IMG/VR virus record: IMGVR_UViG_2534682002_000024
Source: a virus
Lineage: Duplodnaviria; Heunggongvirae; Uroviricota; Caudoviricetes
Strand: one strand, 5' to 3'
DNA length: 40,622 nt
The position numbers and the translations under genes are program-made. The notes under the pieces are model-generated. The model was not told the DNA's origin. It saw only the letters and a program-made list of their open reading frames with translations, and did not search any database. Of the stretch, positions 34,643 to 40,622 are shown piece after piece; within the stretch, counting starts at the first letter, position 1, and each line of letters begins with the position of its first letter.

Positions 34643-35173
34643 TTATTTATTCAGTCCGGCGTCCTGTTCAAAAGGCTCGACATAAAAACTTTCAGCGCCT
34701 TTATTCACCTTAATACCGGCAATCCCTTTCACCGCATCCGGCTCCGCCAGGACCGCTTCCTTGTTCACTTCCTCTTTCGTGCGGATAAAACGCTCAAGGC
34801 CCATACGGCGCAGCATTTCAATCACACCTTCCACATCACGACTGACGCTGCATGATGGATTCCCCAGTCGCCATGACACCGTTCCGGTGGTCAGATTGGC
34901 TGTTTTGGTTTTGCCGCCGTTCGTCAGCTCATCGCGGTTGGTTTTGCACCAGTCCTGAATCCCCTTAAAAAGCACTTTGATTTCTTTTTTAAGGTTTTCA
35001 ATTTGCGGCGTATAACGGGCGGTGATTTCTGCCACTTCATCATTCATCGCCGTTTCCAGCCGCAGCGCCTCTCGCTGAATATCGCCCAGGGTGCGGATAT
35101 CGCGGCTGACTTCTTCGCGGGTCTGCGGTGCAGCCTCGGCTGCGGCCTTTAATTTTGTAACACGTTTAGCCAT
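34643..35173 (-). CDS. gam: Gam-like host-nuclease inhibitor / DNA-end binding protein
   Basis: 176-aa charged helical protein at the Mu gam position; size matches Mu Gam (about 174 aa). Confidence 0.7.
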   Translation of the reverse strand: MAKRVTKLKAAAEAAPQTREEVSRDIRTLGDIQREALRLETAMNDEVAEITARYTPQIENLKKEIKVLFKGIQDWCKTNRDELTNGGKTKTANLTTGTVSWRLGNPSCSVSRDVEGVIEMLRRMGLERFIRTKEEVNKEAVLAEPDAVKGIAGIKVNKGAESFYVEPFEQDAGLNK

Positions 35174-35184
35174 TTTGTTTTTCC

Positions 35185-35478
35185 TTATTGCAGTGTGCCT
35201 GATGCTTTATGCACGCGGTGGCGTTTAATGATGGCATCCGCCCCAAAAGCCTGTACAGATGCCTGAAATTCCGCTGAGAGAAACTGAATAATTACAGGAC
35301 TGTGATACTGGAGAATGCTTGCATAAACGTCACAGAGTGACGTCGGCCTGTTATCCGTATCACGTTCTGTTTTCACATCCACTCCAATCTTTTCATGCAC
35401 TTCAACACTGTCATTGCCTGCCGGTTTTTCGTCATGCGAAACATGCTCAAATTCAAAAATAACGCGTACTTTGCTCAT
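35185..35478 (-). CDS. Hypothetical small early protein, paralog A
   Basis: Start placed at internal ATG 35478 (MSKVRVIFEFEH). N-terminus parallels the adjacent gene. Confidence 0.45.
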   Translation of the reverse strand: MSKVRVIFEFEHVSHDEKPAGNDSVEVHEKIGVDVKTERDTDNRPTSLCDVYASILQYHSPVIIQFLSAEFQASVQAFGADAIIKRHRVHKASGTLQ

Positions 35479-35482
35479 GGAA

Positions 35483-35755
35483 TTACCCCTGCTGATTAAA
35501 TTCATTACCTTTAATAACCCCGGAACTCATGTTCATATCTTTCATGAGCGCTCTGGCTTTCATTGCCACAAGTTCAGCAAAGTCTCTGCTTTCCGCGAGC
35601 ATAACCACTCCAAAAATCATGGCGGGTCCATCACCTTTCTGCTTTATCCCGGTTGAACGTATGTCCAGACTTACCCCCATGCGCACTGTTCCATCAGCGT
35701 TTTTATGGATAACGTGCTCCTTGTATTCGAAAATAATGCGTACGACTTTACTCAT
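35483..35755 (-). CDS. Hypothetical small early protein, paralog B
   Basis: MSKVVRIIFEYKEH...; the DNA around both start codons is also similar. Confidence 0.45.
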   Translation of the reverse strand: MSKVVRIIFEYKEHVIHKNADGTVRMGVSLDIRSTGIKQKGDGPAMIFGVVMLAESRDFAELVAMKARALMKDMNMSSGVIKGNEFNQQG

Positions 35756-36033
35756 CCTCTGGTCCTCGTTCTGTTTGGATAACTGACCCGGCGTCTGACC
35801 TCACGGCAGAACCGAATCATGGCATTAAAGGCTTCTTCCTCCGTCACCGCTTCCGGTATCCCCGGAACCAGTAACTGCTCCTGTTCATCACGTCCATGAC
35901 GCGCCATAACCTCAATCACATGCCGTACCGTGGCAGGCTTTCCGGCAACTATCGGCAATGCACCTTCCGGCAGGACGTAACCAAACTCAATAAGACCACT
36001 CGACCACGCCCATGCAATGAGATTTTTTTTCAC
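35752..36033 (-). CDS. Hypothetical early protein
   Basis: 93-aa ORF, translationally coupled. Confidence 0.4.
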   Translation of the reverse strand: MKKNLIAWAWSSGLIEFGYVLPEGALPIVAGKPATVRHVIEVMARHGRDEQEQLLVPGIPEAVTEEEAFNAMIRFCREVRRRVSYPNRTRTRG

Positions 36034-36034
36034 C

Positions 36035-36301
36035 TCACACCTCCCAGTAAACCGTGCAGCCGCTGATGCGGGTGGCCTTCACACGGCGGCGCAGGCCGTT
36101 GGTCTGTATGGTGATTTCAATTTCACCGGTTCCCTGCACGTTGCCTACCGGCGGCGTGGTTTTCAGTGCAAAACGTTGTGGGTAGCGCTTACTGCGTTCC
36201 AGTACCGCACCGGCAAGTTCGGTCAGACGGCGCGCGCTGTTCAGGGAGTCGAATAAATTCATTTTGTTACCGCAGGATTGCATATTCATATAACACCTCA
36301 T
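36035..36301 (-). CDS. Hypothetical early protein
   Basis: 88-aa ORF; true start possibly an internal ATG (MNLFDSLNSARRL). Confidence 0.4.
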   Translation of the reverse strand: MRCYMNMQSCGNKMNLFDSLNSARRLTELAGAVLERSKRYPQRFALKTTPPVGNVQGTGEIEITIQTNGLRRRVKATRISGCTVYWEV

Positions 36302-36529
36302 TTAGCTGACTTGTTTCGCACCAACAGAACGGCATATTCCGCTGTAAACTTCTGTCGCACCTTCGCGATCAAGTCCGGCAGATATCACCATTCGTGTGCG
36401 GTCATTAAATTCAAAAAGTAAATCGCCACATTCTTTATTTTCGGCCAGTGAAATCACCTTCACGTTATCGAAATTAACCAGGTAAAAGCGTCCGTAAATA
36501 TCAGGAATATAAAATACCGCCATAATCAC
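36302..36529 (-). CDS. Small protein at the Mu kil position
   Basis: 75 aa, immediately downstream of B; Mu Kil is about 74 aa. Assignment is positional only. Confidence 0.4.
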   Translation of the reverse strand: MIMAVFYIPDIYGRFYLVNFDNVKVISLAENKECGDLLFEFNDRTRMVISAGLDREGATEVYSGICRSVGAKQVS

Positions 36530-37458
36530 ACCTGTGAGAGTAATTCAGGGTTGGTATAAACCTCTTTAAAGGCCGCATTAATATGTTTTTCTGTCAGCGC
36601 CGCACCTTCACCGCTGGCGGTGAGCCACGCCTGGTTAAGCGTATGTGTCAGAACGCGTAACGCTCCCGGCTTTTCAGCGATAGCCTGCATGACGGCCAGC
36701 TCGGCCTCACCACTGATACCCCATGCCCTGGCAATGGCCAGCACATCCGCCTTTTTGGCCTTGCGAAGTTGTTTTGTACGGGCAAGACGGCTGAACAGGC
36801 GCGATAAATCATCAAAGGCGCGGCGTCCACCTTTAAACAATCCGCGCGGGTTACCAATAAGCACCATCCCGATCCCCGTGGCGTCCTGAATTGCCCGGAG
36901 TTGCTCCAGACCGTCAATACCAAGATGATCCGCCTCATCCACAATCACCAGTCCACGCGTTCCCATCAGGCGACGGCGGATGGCGCGGGATAATGCCCCT
37001 TTGTTCGCGCGGGTGTAATCAATCCCCAGCGCATCGGCCAGCTCCAGCAGACACTCCGTGACGCTGGAGTGCGCGGGTGACAGGGTGATCATCCAGGTGT
37101 TTGGTTGCTCCTGGCAGTAATTACGGGCAGTGGCCGTTTTACCCACACCCGGTACGCCCACAATAACGTTAATACAGCCCATCAGACGAACCGCCTGAAA
37201 CAGTGCGCGCAGCTCCTGGACTGTCTGCGTTTCCACAAACTGCGGCGGTTCCGGCAGTGCGCTTTGTTTATTCCAGTTCTCATACCAGGAACGCAGGGAA
37301 GCAGCCACAGCAGCGTTATCGCCTTTATATTTTCCCTTACGGAAAGCCGATAATGTGCCGTCGGAAATTCCCGCCTCTCTGGCGATGGCATACTGCGTCA
37401 GTACGCCGCCATCAATAAGTTCATCAATGGTCTTGATTACATCGTTAATATCAGTCAT
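36526..37458 (-). CDS. B: DNA transposition protein B (AAA+ ATPase)
   Basis: 310 aa with Walker A GVPGVGKT; N-terminal HTH-like region; directly downstream of the transposase. Mu B is 312 aa. Confidence 0.85.
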   Translation of the reverse strand: MTDINDVIKTIDELIDGGVLTQYAIAREAGISDGTLSAFRKGKYKGDNAAVAASLRSWYENWNKQSALPEPPQFVETQTVQELRALFQAVRLMGCINVIVGVPGVGKTATARNYCQEQPNTWMITLSPAHSSVTECLLELADALGIDYTRANKGALSRAIRRRLMGTRGLVIVDEADHLGIDGLEQLRAIQDATGIGMVLIGNPRGLFKGGRRAFDDLSRLFSRLARTKQLRKAKKADVLAIARAWGISGEAELAVMQAIAEKPGALRVLTHTLNQAWLTASGEGAALTEKHINAAFKEVYTNPELLSQV

Positions 37459-37529
37459 ATTATTAACCTCTCATTTGATACCTTGTTTAATCAAATAACC
37501 TGAGTCGCCGCTCGGGTTATTTTTTTATT

Positions 37530-39620
37530 TCAGGCCAGCGGGTCATTTTCTTTTAATTTCGCTTCCAGCAACTGCAATCCCCGCTGGAAATTACGCTCGT
37601 ATTCTTCATCAGGTTCATCGTCAGCGACCGGTTGCTGAACGATCACCGCATTACCCACAGGGCGATAGATGTTTTCCAGCCATGGCTCCTGCTGCTTGTG
37701 CTCCAGCACGTTGACCACCTCATCCTCGGCATCACGGATTTTTTCCTCTGCGCGTTTACGCATGCCTTTAAGGCGTTGCTGCTGTTTGTAGTATTCCGCG
37801 CTGACCGGGAAGGCTTCGCGTTTATTGCCGCCCCATACCGCCTCGCAAATCACGCTGCCATCCAGGCGACGTACGGTAATTCGTTCGGCATCATGAATGT
37901 CATAGCTGATAAGCACCTTGCGGCCATGCTCATCACGCAGCTCGGGAGCGTAGTAAATATTATTCAGCCAGCGTATTTCACAGCGTCTTACAGGGCGTTC
38001 CACCATCGGCCGGAACATATCCCGCAGCTCAACATCGGACAGCCATTCAATTTCCGTGTCCTCTTCCGCCAGGCGTTTTTTTCTGAACTCCGCCGGGCTG
38101 TAATGCTTGCCGTTCGGTTTTATGGGTAATTCATCGTGCGGCCGGTTGTTGTACCACTCAACACCATCACGAATGGCATCAATCAGTTCAGCCCAGGACG
38201 GTAAATCACGCATCGCTGACTGCTGCCGGGCGTTCAGCCGTTTGCCCTGTTGCAGGGCACTGAATGCCGAGCGTAAATCGCGGTTGGTTTTACGTAACGT
38301 CTCGCGATCTGCACCTTTCCCGAAATAGGTGCGGTATTTACGGGCTATGCGCATCGGTAATGTGCGGTTAAGCCGTTCGATAATGCCCCGTCCCTGCGGG
38401 TTACCGGCAATCCCTGTCGGGTGATTAATCCCCAGTCGCGGCAGAATCCCCACAACTTCCTTATCCAGGATGTCGGCGGTTTCCCCGGAACCGTTATCCG
38501 AGTAATACAGAAACGGTTTGCCGTGATTACGAATACCGTGCTGTATGGCACCGGCTACGGCGAAAACATTTTCAGCCAGGTCAAGGCTCCAGCCCACCAC
38601 AAAGCGCGTGCCACCGTCGATAACAAAGGTCACTTCCGGTGCAAATGGCCGCCCGTGAACCGGGTGCCTGCATTTCAGCTTCATGCCGTGACCGTCACCA
38701 ATCCAGACATAATTCACCGGCATTTTTGACCAGTCGCGGCGCGTGAATCCCTCAAGCTGGCGATATTCACTGCCGGTCACCCGGCCTTTTTGTTTCACCA
38801 CTTCCGGCAGTTTCTTCATTGCGCGGCGAATGGTGTCATAAGACGGCATGATATCGAGCATATAAGGCTCATCAGCGTGCCGGTGCTGCCATTCAGCGAC
38901 AAAATCCTCGTAGGCCTCGGTCATTGGTCGGCCGTTTGACTGGCGATACTGCGCCAGAAATTCGGGCAGCCAGTTAATATCTTCGGCTTTTATTTCCTGG
39001 CGCTTACCCGGTGCCAGCAAAAGCAGGCGTTCGGCGGCGTTCTGCGCCTTGTTAAAGGCTGCAATCCAGCGTTTCAGCGTGATTTCACTCAACGCACGGC
39101 TGTTTCCCTTTTTGGCGTTCGCCGTCTCAACCATTGCCACAATGCGCTCGTCCAGCTGCGAACGTGCCAGGTTGTCAACGATAAACCGGATAGCTTTCGC
39201 ACAGCTGAAACCGGGTTGTTGCGCGACTTTCATCACTTCGCTGACGATCGCGATTCGTGCATCAGCCACCTGGCGCTGGTTTTCAGTCAGGGCATTAAGG
39301 CGTTCAACCATCAGTTGTGGTGATCCGCGATATGCCTCCACCGCATCAACCACGGCAGGCGAGCGTCTGGCCTTTGTCACCACCGGAGCCGGTGATTCAT
39401 CGGCTTTTTGCGTCATCAGTTGCAGGGCGTAGCGTTCACGTAATGCCTGCTGCGTCACTTCAGGTAAACAGTCGATACTGTATTCAGTTGCTTTAGAGCC
39501 TGAGCGACGACGGGAACAACAGCTTTTCCCTTGTACGTAACGTTGTAATGCCTGGCGAATACCTTTTGTTGTAGCAGGCATTCCGGGCGCGCCAATCAGT
39601 TCTTTTGCAATGACATACAT
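37530..39620 (-). CDS. A: Mu-type DDE transposase A
   Basis: 696 aa following ner; N-terminal DNA-binding region, central RNase H-like region, C-terminal charged domain. Size matches MuA (663 aa). Confidence 0.85.
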   Translation of the reverse strand: MYVIAKELIGAPGMPATTKGIRQALQRYVQGKSCCSRRRSGSKATEYSIDCLPEVTQQALRERYALQLMTQKADESPAPVVTKARRSPAVVDAVEAYRGSPQLMVERLNALTENQRQVADARIAIVSEVMKVAQQPGFSCAKAIRFIVDNLARSQLDERIVAMVETANAKKGNSRALSEITLKRWIAAFNKAQNAAERLLLLAPGKRQEIKAEDINWLPEFLAQYRQSNGRPMTEAYEDFVAEWQHRHADEPYMLDIMPSYDTIRRAMKKLPEVVKQKGRVTGSEYRQLEGFTRRDWSKMPVNYVWIGDGHGMKLKCRHPVHGRPFAPEVTFVIDGGTRFVVGWSLDLAENVFAVAGAIQHGIRNHGKPFLYYSDNGSGETADILDKEVVGILPRLGINHPTGIAGNPQGRGIIERLNRTLPMRIARKYRTYFGKGADRETLRKTNRDLRSAFSALQQGKRLNARQQSAMRDLPSWAELIDAIRDGVEWYNNRPHDELPIKPNGKHYSPAEFRKKRLAEEDTEIEWLSDVELRDMFRPMVERPVRRCEIRWLNNIYYAPELRDEHGRKVLISYDIHDAERITVRRLDGSVICEAVWGGNKREAFPVSAEYYKQQQRLKGMRKRAEEKIRDAEDEVVNVLEHKQQEPWLENIYRPVGNAVIVQQPVADDEPDEEYERNFQRGLQLLEAKLKENDPLA

Positions 39621-39621
39621 A

Positions 39622-39870
39622 TCATGACGCCTTTCTCATATAGCTCTTAACCTGGTATCGACTGGGCCAGATTTCTTCAGGCGATACCCCAAGAGCATCA
39701 GCAATTATTTGCTGATACGGTCGGCAAGGAGTACGTAATACGCTTTTCAGCGAATCCCTGCTGTAACCAGCCTTTAAAGATAAAGAGCGCAGTGATAAGC
39801 CAGCCATGTGTAAGCGCGCCTTGATGATTTCAGGCGGCCAATCGTGATCTGAAACTTCTCTTCTACTCAT
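39622..39870 (-). CDS. ner: Ner-like DNA-binding regulator
   Basis: 82 aa; ...QQIIADALGVSPEEIWPSRY matches the Ner/Nlp signature (EQIIANALETKPEVIWPSRY in Mu, from memory). GAGGAAG RBS upstream. Confidence 0.8.
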   Translation of the reverse strand: MSRREVSDHDWPPEIIKARLHMAGLSLRSLSLKAGYSRDSLKSVLRTPCRPYQQIIADALGVSPEEIWPSRYQVKSYMRKAS

Positions 39871-40037
39871 ACTTCCTCTATTCTAAAAAGTTACCCGCGC
39901 GGATATTCGTGCGGATATCTGTACGGGTAAATAATAGAACAAACAAAAGAACCAGATCAAGGTATTTTGTTCTTTTTATTCTTTGTAGTGTTTTTGTTAT
40001 TAATATCAATAAGATAAATACAAAGGAACCTGAGAGC
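39871..40037. promoter_or_regulatory. Divergent c/ner control region with candidate operator dyad
   Basis: 39-bp element TTACCCG-cgcGGATATtcgtGCGGATATctgta-CGGGTAA (39891-39929) has 7-bp inverted arms and two direct GCGGATAT copies; AT-rich DNA follows. Confidence 0.5.
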
Positions 40038-40622
40038 ATGAACATGAAAAACAGTTCTTTTCTCGACGAAGGAAAAGAACCAGTGATCGAACGGATTTTT
40101 CGTCTTGCAGAGCGTTACAAATCGAGAAGTGAGGCGGCTAGAGCATGGGGAATAAACGTTCAGACATTGCAGAACTACTACAAAAGGAGAAACAATCAGC
40201 CGCCACCACAACCAAGAAAGCACCATCTCCAGAACATTGCAGAAAGAGAACATGTATCTATGGAGTGGCTAGTCCATGGTTATGGTGATGAGCCAAGCAT
40301 GAAAAAAGAACCAATTGAACAAGCAAAAAGAACAAAAAAACAAAGAATTGATGATAGTGATTCCATCATCATGAGGGCGTGGGACTCGCTAACTTCATCT
40401 GAACAAGAGATTTTGTCCAACTTATTGATCAGAAAAGGGGCCGAACTACTAACCGTTTTGCTTGATACAGATATTCAAAAACTGCACTCATTGAGCGGAG
40501 TCAAAAGAGCACTAGCATTGAGTCTACAAGAGTTACCCGATGATACTGTAAGAGAGATTTATGAAGAATGTGAAGCTAAGGTTAATCATTTAAATGTAAC
40601 CCAGAAAAAGGCTAGTGCGTAA
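40038..40622 (+). CDS. Putative c-type repressor (divergent from ner)
   Basis: Start placed at ATG 40038 (AGGAA RBS upstream), giving 194 aa, near Mu repressor size (196 aa). N-terminal HTH-like segment RSEAARAWGINVQTLQNYYKR. Divergent orientation to ner. Confidence 0.55.
   Translation: MNMKNSSFLDEGKEPVIERIFRLAERYKSRSEAARAWGINVQTLQNYYKRRNNQPPPQPRKHHLQNIAEREHVSMEWLVHGYGDEPSMKKEPIEQAKRTKKQRIDDSDSIIMRAWDSLTSSEQEILSNLLIRKGAELLTVLLDTDIQKLHSLSGVKRALALSLQELPDDTVREIYEECEAKVNHLNVTQKKASA

Larger units (their letters stand above)
1566..40622 (-). mobile_element. Mu-like transposable prophage (right end through c-type repressor; left end outside window)
   Basis: Collinear Mu gene order on the minus strand: ner, DDE transposase A, AAA+ B, gam, gemA, Mor/C, lys, terminase, portal, F, G, I, T, sheath, tube, tape measure, N, P, baseplate, S, invertible segment, gin, com, mom. 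Confidence 0.9.

Noticed and set aside
1-40622. tRNA genes or an integrase-type attachment site
   Set aside because: No tRNA-like cloverleaf region or tyrosine integrase was seen; the element carries Mu-type A/B transposition genes instead.

Overview
The window is almost entirely a Mu-like transposable prophage (about 1566 to 40622, left end beyond the window) lying on the minus strand and inserted next to a host NupC-family nucleoside transporter gene. Reading right to left it has the Mu order: a divergent c-type repressor, ner, transposase A, ATPase B, a block of small early genes with gam and gemA, a single Mor/C-family activator, a lysis cassette, terminase, portal and head genes, tail and baseplate genes, a tail fiber with a Gin-invertible segment, gin, and com-mom at the right end. 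All calls are by eye from motifs, gene order and size; no database search was run. The most unusual content is at the right end: a 679-aa SGNH/SASA-type esterase with a lectin-like C-terminus sits between gin and com-mom, followed by two small genes and an unlisted 55-aa zinc-ribbon ORF. Other points worth follow-up are an asymmetric invertible tail-fiber segment with only one assembly chaperone, a (GGCTTC)10 in-frame repeat in a head-tail gene, a +1/-2 overlap in the tail chaperone pair, and a very acidic small early protein.
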